A stretch of DNA of 63,440 nucleotides, filler included, from Basidiobolus ranarum (lineage: Eukaryota): the NCBI GenBank assembly GCA_040143965.1. It is 51 parts of 51 records of this genome, joined end to end, with 100 filler letters (N's around TTAATTAATTAA, not from the genome) between each part and the next. Parts side by side here need not be neighbours in the genome. Positions count along the whole stretch, not along the records: positions 48,659 to 49,799 come from JASJQH010006252.1; positions 49,900 to 51,040 come from JASJQH010006253.1; positions 51,141 to 52,281 come from JASJQH010006254.1; positions 52,382 to 53,522 come from JASJQH010006255.1; positions 53,623 to 54,763 come from JASJQH010006256.1; positions 54,864 to 56,003 come from JASJQH010006257.1; positions 56,104 to 57,243 come from JASJQH010006258.1; positions 57,344 to 58,483 come from JASJQH010006259.1; 43 more parts are not named here. One strand, 5' to 3'. Below the pieces are notes generated by a model that searched no databases, was not told the origin of the DNA, and saw only the letters and a list, made by a program, of their open reading frames with translations. This document shows, in pieces, positions 48,659 through 59,823 of this stretch. The position numbers were made by a program, and so were the translations under genes. Positions within the stretch are counted from its first letter, which is position 1, and each line of letters begins with the position of its first letter.

Positions 48659-49799
48659 AGTTGGTTTCATTGCCTAAATTTGTATCAGAAGTTGTAGTGC
48701 CACATTCACATCTTAGGAGATCTAATTTGATGAGATCTCCACCTGATTACTACTCTCACACTAGCCAAAAGGAGCCTAGTGCCAATTTAGCCTTTTCTGA
48801 TGAACCCAAATCAGTGCAGAAGGCTATGGAGAGTTGCAACACAAAGTTTTGGAGTGCTGCAATGGCAGAGAGTATCAGTCACTCACAGATAACCAAACTT
48901 GGACTTTGGTTAAGTTACCTGATGATCAAAAATCAATAGGATGCAAATGGGTGTTTAAAATTAAGCAGCAAGCTGATGGCTCTGTAGAGAGATATAAAGC
49001 CAGACTTGAGGCTAAAGAATACTCTCAAATGGAAGGGGTGGACTACAATGAAACTTTTGCTCCTGTAGCAAAGTTTAATTCCAGCAAAAATGTACTAGCA
49101 GTATCAGCAACACAGCTTAAAAATCCATCAAATGGATGTTAAACTGCGTGTTTGAATGGGGACTTGAAAGATGAGATATTCATGGATCAACCAGATGGTT
49201 TTGTAGATCCTGAGCACCCTGAGGACATGTGTAAGATACAAAAATCACTGTATGGACTTAAACAATCACCCAGGGCCTGGTACACTAAGATAGATTCATG
49301 CTTGGAATCAGTTAATTTCTAAAAGAGTATGGCGGATTTTGAGATCTACTTTAAGACAGATAAGGACACTTAGGTGATACTTGCCTTACATGTAGATGAT
49401 CTGATTATAGCTACCAATAATGATGAAGCTCTCAGTAACTCCAAAAGAGATCTATCAGTCCAATTGAAGATGACCAATTTAGGTGAACTTATGTATATTT
49501 TAGGTCTGCAGATCCATACAGATATATTGATTAAATATATCACACTGAATCAATCTAAATACATCTCAGACATTCTCAGACATTACCGGATGGAGAATTG
49601 CAAGCCAGTAGCAACTCCCATGGATCCATGTATGAAACTAGTCAAAAATCCCATCCAAAATGATGAATGTTGGCCAAATATGGCTCAAACTATATCATTC
49701 AAAAGCCCTGAATTCCCTTATCAATCTATGGTAGGTAGTTGGATCTATGCTATGACTGGAACCCAACCAGATATCTCTTGAAGTGGGAGTAGTCAGCCA
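48659..49799 (+). mobile_element. Copia reverse transcriptase, degenerate
   Basis: GCKWVFKIK, RYKARL, DYNETFAPV, YGLKQSPRAW, HVDDL. Confidence 0.95.
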
Positions 49800-49899
49800 N
49801 NNNNNNNNNNNNNNNNNNNNNNNNNNNNNNNNNNNNNNNNNNNTTAATTAATTAANNNNNNNNNNNNNNNNNNNNNNNNNNNNNNNNNNNNNNNNNNNN

Positions 49900-50038
49900 T
49901 TCACTCCTGAAACTGAAAAAATTGATTAAAATCAAATCTAACTTGACGATTTTATGACGGTAAGTAAACGGTCAATCCCAAATGGATTAAAATTGTGACG
50001 GTTTTCCTACAATAACAATCCTCAAATTTCTGTTAGGG
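49900..50038 (-). mobile_element. CMC ORF2-side terminus (CpG-retaining copy) inserted in LTR-B
   Basis: Ends AAATTTCTGTTAGGG. Confidence 0.88.
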
Positions 50039-50177
50039 ATATATATAATATATGTTTTGATCTTCAGCTAAGTGACATTTGACTAAGTAATGTTAACTAA
50101 CTTATATGTGATTTATAAAAAAGTTAGATATATAAAGATAGAGATAACAAATATGATAAAGACAATAAACTTCAACA
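50039..50177 (-). mobile_element. LTR-B 5' end inserted in Gypsy RNase H
   Basis: ...GACAATAAACTTCAACA. Confidence 0.88.
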
Positions 50178-51040
50178 AAAACAACTACAATGGTTGAGAA
50201 CTTAGGTTGCACTAAAATACGGAAGATTCTTGTGATCACAACAAACTGTGATTTTGTGATTTGCTCCATCCAAGTATTGTCACCATAGTTCAAACACAGC
50301 AATGATTGCTAATAGCTCCTTTTCATAGATGTCATAGTTGATTTCTGTGGCTGAGAACTCCCTTGAGTAAAAGGCAACAGTGTGCAGTAAGTTGTCAGCA
50401 TCAAACTGTGATAGTACTGCTCCCAGAGCAAAGTCAGATGCATCAGTTTTAGCAATAAATGGCTTGTCTAGCTTGGGATGTGCCAGCATTGGTGCTGAGG
50501 TAAAAGCACTCTTTAAAGTTACAAATGCTTGTTGGCAAGATGGGTTCCAGCCAATTGGGAGTTCTTTCTTTGTGCTGTTTGTTAATGGGGCAAATATTTT
50601 GGAGTAGTTCTTGACAAACTGTTGGTAAAAGTTTGCAAATCTAAGGAAAGTTTGGACATCCTTTACATTCTTGGGAATATCCCAAGACAGAACAGATTCA
50701 ACCTTCTTAGGGTCCCTGGAGATGCCTGATGGGCTGATGTTACATCCAAGGAATTCAACTTGAGCTTGATCAAATTCACATTTCTCAAGTTTAGCATAGA
50801 GCCCAAAGATTTTAAACTTTTCTAGGACCTGGGAAACATGAATGTCATGTTCTTCTTGAGAGCTTGAGAAGACAAAGCTATTGTCAAGGTTGATTACCAC
50901 AAGTTGGTCAAGATACTCTCTGAAGATATCACTCATCATGTGTTGAAAGACTGCAGGGGCATTGGTAAGTCCAAATGGCATGACATTGTATTCAAAGTGT
51001 CCATAGCAAGTTGATAGGGCTGTTTTCCATTGGTGTGCGG
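50178..51040 (-). mobile_element. Ty3/Gypsy RT-RNase H
   Basis: [38 protein letters not shown]. Confidence 0.95.
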
Positions 51041-51140
51041 NNNNNNNNNNNNNNNNNNNNNNNNNNNNNNNNNNNNNNNNNNNNTTAATTAATTAANNNN
51101 NNNNNNNNNNNNNNNNNNNNNNNNNNNNNNNNNNNNNNNN

Positions 51141-51304
51141 TGCAATAATGTCTAAAAGTACTTTTCTTAAACATACCACATAAGTAAAATAAACTGTTTC
51201 CAAAATGGTAAATAACATCATGCCAGATAGTGCCCAATCATGCCAATTTGTGCTGGCACACTTTTTAGCTGACCTGATCTGGCTCAATAAAATGGAACAT
51301 GTCT
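51141..51304. mobile_element. Terminus of RGACTTGTTCCATT-TIR DNA transposon
   Basis: Ends AATGGAACATGTCT|ATT; reverse complement of 63219-63382. Confidence 0.75.
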
Positions 51305-51504
51305 ATTGAATAACGCATGCCAAATTTGAGCATCAATATTTTCACATGTATGAATACCGTTAAGATACCGTCAAGAAACCGCTGTCACAGCATCAAAATC
51401 CATGGCAGAATGCAAGCCAGCAATATTGTGTCAGTTCTCTGATGGTTTTGCTATTTTGGAGGGTGGGTCCAATCCGGATCAAATCAATTTTATTTTTGTC
51501 AGGG
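51305..51504 (+). mobile_element. CMC transposase-side terminus nested in a transposase copy
   Basis: Ends ATTTTATTTTTGTCAGGG; reverse-complement similarity to 10574 onward. Confidence 0.8.
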
Positions 51505-52281
51505 TATTGTTAATCAGATTAGCATACAGTAATACTGACAATTTCACACAGAGCATTTTTAACTGCAGGTGTTCTCCATTGAAAACTCCCAGAATGTATA
51601 GCAAGGGCCTATAATCTCTAAGCATTGTGAAAGATGCAGCAGGGAATGTATTGAATACCAGCATAGATGCAGTCTATCTTCTTTAAACCTGTAATAAAGT
51701 TCATCCTATCCAATTACAAAATCTTTGCACAGTTGCTGTATCTGCCTGAGATCTGCCAATGTGAGTTGATGCTGCAAGAATAAATTAACAATACTGACAA
51801 ACAATTCCCAATGTGGCCAATACTTATCAGGCAGAAATCTTTTCAAGATTTCACTCAAATATATACAAATTCAATAATTCCAGTCTTTGCTTTTAAATAA
51901 ATGCCTAGATGAGTGGGTATTGATGGGAGTCCTGGCAAAATATGATGGTATCTTGATGTTTTCATGTATTTTCCCAATCAATTGAAACTTTGATCCTTTC
52001 TTGAATAGCTCATTCATATTGAATTTTCCACTAAATAGCTGAGTAAGTAGTATCAGAATGTTGTTGGATAGTAAGTGAATAGTGCCCAATGGGAAGCTGT
52101 GGCTCCTGCTGATACCCTTTAGCAATATAATCTTAGGCTTACAGCTAATACCAAGTTTGATGTTAGACTGACTATTTGGTGAATTGATATCAGTGATCAT
52201 GTTGAAATCTGACCAGGCTCTTGACGGTAAAATCATGAAGTTTAGTGTTGTATTTGGATAGTAGTAATGAGTATGCCTGTT
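51505..52281 (-). mobile_element. CMC transposase C-terminal half
   Basis: SFPLGTIHLLSNNI; matches 41204-41960. Confidence 0.9.
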
Positions 52282-52811
52282 NNNNNNNNNNNNNNNNNNN
52301 NNNNNNNNNNNNNNNNNNNNNNNNNTTAATTAATTAANNNNNNNNNNNNNNNNNNNNNNNNNNNNNNNNNNNNNNNNNNNNCCACTATTCCTTGAATATA
52401 GCATTTAAAAAAATTCCTTGATTCTCAGTAGCTGCTTGGCTGAATCAGCTCTACATGGCAGCCATATTACACTAGGGCTGGCTAAGATAAGGTTATACTC
52501 AATTTAGGCCAAGATAAGCTATTAACTCAGGTCTTTATGGATCACAGCATTCTATTAGTTTTCCAGTCAATATTTGAATCACACCAAAATAGCCAGGTCT
52601 CTTGAAGCAATAGGTCAAAATTGCCACTTTCAAGTAAGTAAGCTTGTAAATCATCCTGGTTGTCTCTTATAAGGATCTGCAAGAGACCTGTTTGACAAAT
52701 GGTGTGTGTTATTCCATTGGCAGCTGAAACACCTGTAGCTAGTGTAGACTAAGAGTTAATTCCAGCTGTATTGGCAAACATAGGAGATGTGTACTTCTGG
52801 ATTCTTACTGA

Positions 52812-53138
52812 GCTTAACAAAAATAAAATGCATTTGATCTGAATGAGATCCTTCTAGTAGAGCTCAGAACCATCAGAGAACCATCAAAATATCATTGGGT
52901 TGAATTCTGCCAGAGATTTGTATGATACAATGGCAGCTTCCTAACATTGTCATGATGGTAAAACACAAGCTGGAATATTGTTCCTCAATATTATGCATTT
53001 CTCAATGAATATCATAAAAATTTTGGAAAAATCAATGTTTAAATAGCAAATAACTAGCTCTACTGCTAATGCATGCATTTGTTTATAAACTTTAGGCAAC
53101 ATATTCCAGTCATCATGAAAATCAAAATTATATGAATT
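52812..53138 (-). mobile_element. Diverged CMC transposase-side terminus
   Basis: GCTTAACAAAAATAAAATG..., similar to 10574-10750. Confidence 0.55.
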
Positions 53139-53490
53139 TGATAAATGTGTTTAAGGGATTTGGAACTGTTTTGGACAAGATTTGGATTTGTGAATTAGAC
53201 ATTTGAGTTCTATTGAATTGTATATGTCCTCTTTATAGTTTACTATGAAACAGGACTATTGGATGCTCTTAGATCATAATAAACATGCCTGTTGAGCATG
53301 GGTGAAAATTTGAGGTGATTTGGAGAAGTTTCGAGAAAATAGTGAAAGTTGTTAAAAGTGATCTAATTGATATTTCTATCAATTAGTGCAATCAACATAC
53401 ATTTTTGATTGACAGAATTGAGTGCTAAATAATAAGAATATGAATAAACTAACTACTAAATAATGAGTTGCTATTTACCTAATTTCAACA
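53139..53490 (-). mobile_element. Copia LTR-D (352 bp), 3' LTR with PPT
   Basis: Minus strand: AGTTGAGTGGGAA then TGTTGAAATTAGG...TTTATCA. Confidence 0.88.
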
Positions 53491-53622
53491 TTCCCACTCA
53501 ACTAATTATTTTGTATTTCTCTNNNNNNNNNNNNNNNNNNNNNNNNNNNNNNNNNNNNNNNNNNNNTTAATTAATTAANNNNNNNNNNNNNNNNNNNNNN
53601 NNNNNNNNNNNNNNNNNNNNNN

Positions 53623-53796
53623 GAAGTAACCGAAGAGAGCAAAGCAAGTGTAAAGGGCGACGTTTCCGTTCTTAGTGGTGTTGTCATCCATCATACCACC
53701 AGCACCCATACCGTTGATAACGTTGTACATACCCGGGCAGCAGAAGCAGACAAGGCCTACCATGAGGACTTGTCCTATTGGACTGTTGATTCTCAT
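53623..53796 (-). CDS. UNC-93-like / DUF895 MFS membrane protein, N-terminus
   Basis: NSPIGQVLMVGLVCFCCPGMYNVINGMGAGG...NVALYTCFALFG. Confidence 0.88.
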
Positions 53797-54665
53797 TGTT
53801 TATTAGAAAGAGAGTAGATTAGGTGTTTTGTCTTATTTCTGTATGAATCCTAGAACTTTTATACTTTCAGACACTCATAATGCTCAGGATTTTCTATTCC
53901 CAATTATCAAGTAATATGCTCATATTTAATATTCACCACTGTAAATTGATTTCTGTGACCTCGTCTATTGGGCCTCATGCCAAATTAGAATGCTGTCTAT
54001 AGGCCTTTTGAGTCTGTATCAGAATAGTCAAATGTTTTCATGTTGTATTCCCTCTAATTGAAATGCTATATACAATTACCATTAAGCCAAAAACGAAGTT
54101 AAAATCCAAGAACAATCGTAAAGTTGAATACCCGAAAAAAGGACATTTCCGTATTGATTGACTACTTTCGGACATCGTGTCAAAATTGGAGCCCAAATTC
54201 TAATACGCGTACCGCATTTGAGTCATCTTATTTATCTAATTAAACGATATATATAGAATTTCCATTATTGCCGGTATTTTCCATGTAGGACGAAACAATG
54301 TTAATTTTTGAAAACTGAGGTAGATCTTACCGCTTTTAGAAATATTTAAGTGTTTTTAAACACCCTGCGGCAATAGGTCCCATCCTCACGATTCAATCGA
54401 AATATTTTGTTTCAAAGCCATGGATAGTATATTAACATTGAATTCTTTAAGCAATTTTGTGTAGAAGATATTTTCAATGATTTGGCAATCATTTTCAGAA
54501 ATCGCCATAGAACATTAAAATTTCTTATTTGAGATGAATTCTCATTTGATATTAAATAATGCAAGTTACCAGCCTATGGCATTTTGACTGAAGGAATTAG
54601 TAACGATGTATTATTTATTAACGCTTAGAATAATTAACTGTGTGTAAGATACTGAACAAATTATT

Positions 54666-54763
54666 TTAGAGACTTTCGATGGCCTCTCCCTTTTCATCAG
54701 AGCCGTCGTTGTTGGTCTCCTTGACATCACGTGCGACAAATAAGGTGAAGGGAATGGAGACGG
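54666..54763 (-). CDS. C-terminus of an upstream membrane protein, possibly an UNC-93-like paralog
   Basis: VSIPFTLFVARDVKETNNDGSDEKGEAIESL-stop; GC/CpG-rich coding-like composition. Confidence 0.55.
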
Positions 54764-54863
54764 NNNNNNNNNNNNNNNNNNNNNNNNNNNNNNNNNNNNN
54801 NNNNNNNTTAATTAATTAANNNNNNNNNNNNNNNNNNNNNNNNNNNNNNNNNNNNNNNNNNNN

Positions 54864-55786
54864 CCATCCATTCTCATATGGGATTTCAATCAATCCCACA
54901 TCATATATATGAACATCACCATGACAATCTAGCTGAGCAGAATATGTGTTGGATCAATAAGCCTACACAACGACCCAAAATTACTTGGGCTCATGAAGGT
55001 AGAAATCTCATAGGAAAACCAGCAAACCAAAAGACTCAGTATGTCAGAGCTGCCATCAATTGCTCTGCTGATGAGTGGTTTAACATTTTGGAAACTGCAC
55101 GGAATCTTGCCCATAATCACCTGGATTTGAGCCAATCATGGAAAAACCATAAATCAGACATTACCCCAAAGGTTCTTGACTTATTTCATGTGGCTTATCC
55201 TGGATTTTTGCAAGCAAATGGCAATTGTGCTAGTATAGGCTTAATCATGAAACATCTCAAAAATAAACATAATTATTGACTTTGAAAAGAACAAAAAGCA
55301 GCCAAAGAGGAACTCAAGGAGCAGGATGTTAGTAAACCCAAGGGAAAAGCAAAGGAGCAAGCCAGCTTAGGCTATACTGACCAACTTGCGTAATTCTTCC
55401 AACCATTATAAAGATCTGCATTTTCAGAGTCAGACATACTGGCAAAAAAGCTGAATTTCATCATGAAACCAGGTACACAAGTTGAAAGAGTGCTAAATTC
55501 AGAAGTTTATCCAACACTTGGCATCTCTCAGCAAGCCAAAACACCAGCATATAAAACTCTTGGCTCTCCAACCTCAACTGGAACTTTTTGAAGTGTTGAA
55601 ATTAGCCCCAAACTTAAAGGCAACCAAAAAGCCAAAAAAACACTTCAAATCATGGTCAGTAGTGTCACACTACAAGGATGTATGAAATGAGGAAAAGCTC
55701 TTGAGAACTATTTTCAAAAGTATGAAGTGAAAAATGCAGAGCAAGTATGCAGAAAGTGGCTTCTGAAGAAGAACATTGGACTTGAC
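54864..55786 (+). mobile_element. CMC element ORF2, central/C-terminal part, degenerate
   Basis: WAHEGRNLIGKP...LDLSQSWKNH...YPGFLQANGN; bridges contigs 27511 and 7516. Confidence 0.85.
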
Positions 55787-56003
55787 CTCTAACAGAAATT
55801 TGAGGATTGTTATTGCAGGAAAACCATCAAAATTTTAATCCATTTGGGATTGACTGTTTACTTACCATCATAAAATTGTCAAGTTAGATTTGATTTTAAT
55901 CAATTTTTTCAGTTTCAGGAGTGAAATTTCAAGATCTCCCAAAATAGTTGCAAATGATTGGCTAAAATCTCAGAGAACTATGGATCAACACATGTGCAAA
56001 AAA
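55787..56003 (+). mobile_element. CMC ORF2-side terminus nested in ORF2
   Basis: CTCTAACAGAAATTTGAGG. Confidence 0.85.
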
Positions 56004-56103
56004 NNNNNNNNNNNNNNNNNNNNNNNNNNNNNNNNNNNNNNNNNNNNTTAATTAATTAANNNNNNNNNNNNNNNNNNNNNNNNNNNNNNNNNNNNNNNNN
56101 NNN

Positions 56104-56209
56104 CAAGTGTTATAGGATCTAGCCATGGTAATTGACAAATTGCACCAAATGGTGAGATAGCAGGCTAGATTGAGCAGCACAATCAGACCTGGTCCAATGG
56201 AACAAGTCT
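56104..56209. mobile_element. Terminus of RGACTTGTTCCATT-TIR DNA transposon
   Basis: Ends CAATGGAACAAGTCT|ATT, then CMC transposase resumes. Confidence 0.72.
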
Positions 56210-57056
56210 ATTTGTCCACATAAAATACTTGCAGTAAAGGAAGCAGCTTTGATAAATACCAAGTGGTGAGTTCAATTAAGTCTTAGTAAGTATGTGAGTG
56301 TTGCTTTCTTACACTTTAACCATAGTTGATTGGCAAATGTTGCTTGCCACAGACCTGGTGCAAGCAGAAAACACTTGCCAATTGTTTGCCTTATAATCCT
56401 TCAGTAATGGAACTACCTTCATGTCCAAATGGGAGTTTGGCTTTCACTGGTGATTTGAAAAACCTGAAGTCATGTGTTGTATGTACACAATTGGCAATTA
56501 CTGAATCTGGAAAATAGTACTCTGATTTGGCTTACATTCTATGGATTCCCTGTCTTGAAGTTTTGATGAAATCTCCCATATATAGATCATAGATCCAATA
56601 TTGAAGTACTCACCATAAAGCCAATAGTATTACCAATATACTTGATGGATATTACTACCAGAATCTCAAAAGTCAAGGCTTTTTTGAGAATACACAGAAT
56701 CATTCATTGCATTGGCTCTAGATGGTTTCTCCCAAAACAAATATTTCATTGGAAAGGTTTGCTGGCCAATATTTTAAATTAACTTGAATCTTTTTCTTTC
56801 TGAACAGTAAGAACATTGTAGTAATTAGATACTATCCATCATATCTGGACCTAAATCACCAGTGTTTAGAGATAGCTTCTTGGAACCTTTGATTCTGGAA
56901 TTGATTTGTCATCTAATGGAAATTGGATGGGTGAATAATTTATTAAAGCAAATATCTTGTACGTGTTGATAACAATCATGCCATTAGTAGTCTTGGAAGG
57001 CTTTGTGGGCACAACACACTATCTTGATCTTACTTTTGTCACATCATTGGAGTTGA
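56210..57056 (+). mobile_element. Old, heavily mutated CMC transposase copy
   Basis: LPQTWCK, CPNG, ALDGF, SGPKSP. Confidence 0.88.
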
Positions 57057-57243
57057 TGTTGAAGTTAGGTAAGTAGCACCACATTATTTATTAGTTAGTT
57101 TAATCATATTCTGATTATTTACCACTCAATTCTATTGGGAGAATATGGGCTGTTTGGAGGAACTTTAGAAAAGTGGAGTTGTGAATAGCTTTGTGAGATA
57201 ATTGTTTATTGTCCAGAAATAAAGCATTTATACTTTTTGATGG
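57057..57243. mobile_element. LTR-D-like 5' end (57057-57132, +) interrupted by LTR-B 3' end (57133-57243, -)
   Basis: TGTTGAAGTTAGGTAAGTAGC; TATTGGGAGAATATGGG. Confidence 0.82.
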
Positions 57244-57343
57244 NNNNNNNNNNNNNNNNNNNNNNNNNNNNNNNNNNNNNNNNNNNNTTAATTAATTAAN
57301 NNNNNNNNNNNNNNNNNNNNNNNNNNNNNNNNNNNNNNNNNNN

Positions 57344-58483
57344 GGAACAAAAACCAACGCAAATATTCCAAAATCAGCTTGCTTCAGGGTTAGAAATTGA
57401 AAATATCACCTAATTGGATCTGCATGAAGGTAGCATTTATGGGAAAACTATATAGACAATCATTTTCAAGCTCTGGAGGGATTATATTTACTCAGAAGTT
57501 ACCTTAATTCATTTAGACCTTTGTGGGCCCCTAAGAAACACCTCACTAGGGGGCCAAAGGTACTTCAGGACCTTGATTGAAGACAAAACAAGACTTACTT
57601 TGGTATTCTATGTCAAATCAAAATCTGAATCCTTACCTTAGTTAAAGCACTAAAATGACATGGTAGAGAAAGAATCAGGACAAAAAATAAGAGTACCCTT
57701 AAGTGATTACGGTAGAAAATATTGCTTTAAAAACTTGGCTGGTTTTTGTCCAAAGCATGCATTCAAGAAACAAGCTACTGAGCCTCAGACTCCGCAGCAA
57801 AATGGAGTTTTCAGAACATGCTATTATCTTAGTTACTGTATTTGATCTATGGCATACAGATCATCTAATACCAAAGATCAGAAAGTAACTCTGTGCAGAG
57901 ATACAATTTTAAATGAAAAAGCAAATTTTGACTCAAGTCACAGTACTCATTCCAGAAAACACAATCAGCACTATTCAGGAAGTGTCTGACAAAGTTTCAG
58001 TGGTATCTGAGCCCAATTCAAACTAAATTCCAACCCCTATAAGATCAGAAAATGACTGAGGACCTAGAAGATCATTCACATGGAGGAGTAAGCCAGGGAA
58101 CTTGCAGAATACTTACAATGATGATATCTATGCTTCTGCAGTATGCTGTGATAAGCAACAGACTGTAGATCAAGTTCCACAGTATCCAGAATCAAAGTTG
58201 TGGGGAAAAGCAATGTCTCATGAGTTGTCATCACTTGAAGTCAATAAAATATGATTTTAAGCTCCTCTGCCATCAGGAAGAAAGCTAATAGGTTGCAAAT
58301 GGGTCTAAAGAGTCAAAAACTAAGCTGATGAAACCATAGAAAGGAACAAAGCAAAATGAGTTGCAAAAGGTTATTCCCAGACTCCTGCAATTGATTTTGA
58401 TGTCACATTTGCTCCAGTAGCTAGGATTAGCTCCATTAGATCAATTCTGGCACTCTCAGCCATCAATAACATTGATCTAAATT
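57344..58483 (+). mobile_element. Copia integrase to RT start, heavily degenerate
   Basis: [31 protein letters not shown]. Confidence 0.9.
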
Positions 58484-58583
58484 NNNNNNNNNNNNNNNNN
58501 NNNNNNNNNNNNNNNNNNNNNNNNNNNTTAATTAATTAANNNNNNNNNNNNNNNNNNNNNNNNNNNNNNNNNNNNNNNNNNNN

Positions 58584-58789
58584 TATAGTAGTTTCACACT
58601 ATTATGGTTTAGATGACCCAAGTACTGATGCCAAGTGATCAAGTTTCCCAAAGTAAATGTTGCAAAGTTAGAAACAGTCTCAGTTATTGGGGCAATATCC
58701 AAGTGATATAGATTCCCAATTCTTGTTCCAGTTGCTACAATCAAGTCCTTTGATTTGTATATGGTTGCTTTTCCTTGGCTGAATTGCCT
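58584..58789 (-). mobile_element. Copia pre-integrase fragment
   Basis: VATGTRIGNLYHL, WHQYLGHLN. Confidence 0.88.
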
Positions 58790-58802
58790 AGGGCTCATAA
58801 CC
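58790..58802 (-). promoter_or_regulatory. Primer-binding site GGTTATGAGCCCT (half-tRNA-iMet type)
   Basis: Directly follows LTR-A ...TTTAACA; complementary to the tRNA-iMet anticodon arm AGGGCUCAUAACC. Confidence 0.9.
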
Positions 58803-59148
58803 TGTTAAAGTGTTTAGGAGCCTGTTGGAAGTGGTTTAGAGAATTACAGGAATTGGTGGTTTTCACTTATTGTTTTATTGAGTAGTATGTTGACATTTAT
58901 AGTTTTAGCAAGATGTAGACAAACTAACATGTAGAATATGCTAAGAGAGGTCCCAGGAACATGTGTGCAAAGTTTTGGGTTTAGCACTAGTTTGAAAAGT
59001 CTATATATCTGAGAACTTCTAAGTTGATAAATATATTTTAAGGAAATTCCAATAGAGAATAATTAATAATATCTTAGTGAATTATAGGATAACTAAGTAT
59101 TAAGCTATATATGGCTATACAGATATTTAGGCAATGCTAATTTCAACA
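58803..59148 (-). mobile_element. LTR-A flanked by PPT (59149-59160) and PBS
   Basis: TGTTGAAATTAGC...TTTAACA on minus strand. Confidence 0.93.
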
Positions 59149-59160
59149 CTCTCCCTCAAC

Positions 59161-59549
59161 TAAATAGATAGAGAAACTAATCCTAATAAGGGTCTTAATT
59201 TCTCAAATTTCTGTCTAGCTAATGATTTGGTTAATATATCAGCAATCAAATCTTTTGTAGAACTTTAAGTTATTTCAATAAAATTATTCTCTATTGTCTT
59301 TCTAATGAAGTGATGCTGAATATCTATATGTTTGCATCTACTATGAAACATGGGATTTTTAGCTAATTTGAGACAACTTTGCTTATCTTTAAATATTGTA
59401 GTTGGTGAATTTTGAAAATAACCAAAATCTGTAAGCAGCTTTCTTACACATATTGCTTCTTTTGTTGCTTCACAGGCAGCCATATGTTCTGCTTCTGTTG
59501 TTGAAAGTGCTACAGTAGGTTGTTTCTTTGAATTACAAGAAATAGCTAC
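59161..59549 (-). mobile_element. Copia RNase H (LTR-A family)
   Basis: SKKQPTVALSTTEAEHMA, KHIDIQHHFIR. Confidence 0.93.
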
Positions 59550-59723
59550 TGTCAAGATTCTGATCTTGGCATACTGATCCACTGCATATGGAACTCTGCT
59601 ATTAGTAGATTATGACATCATATATACTGTGCCATCCCTTCTTGGCAATCTGGTGTCAGTTCATCCAGATTACCTTATATGGAAGTCATGTTCTTTGGAA
59701 CATTCCATGAAACTTGACCAATC
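59550..59723 (+). mobile_element. LTR 5' end (putative LTR-G)
   Basis: TGTCAAGATTCTGAT; matches 38335-38506. Confidence 0.7.
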
Positions 59724-59823
59724 NNNNNNNNNNNNNNNNNNNNNNNNNNNNNNNNNNNNNNNNNNNNTTAATTAATTAANNNNNNNNNNNNNNNNNNNNN
59801 NNNNNNNNNNNNNNNNNNNNNNN

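Noticed and set aside
52382-52811. CpG-depleted, coding-like remnant
   Set aside because: Probably an old transposon, but no motif could be identified.
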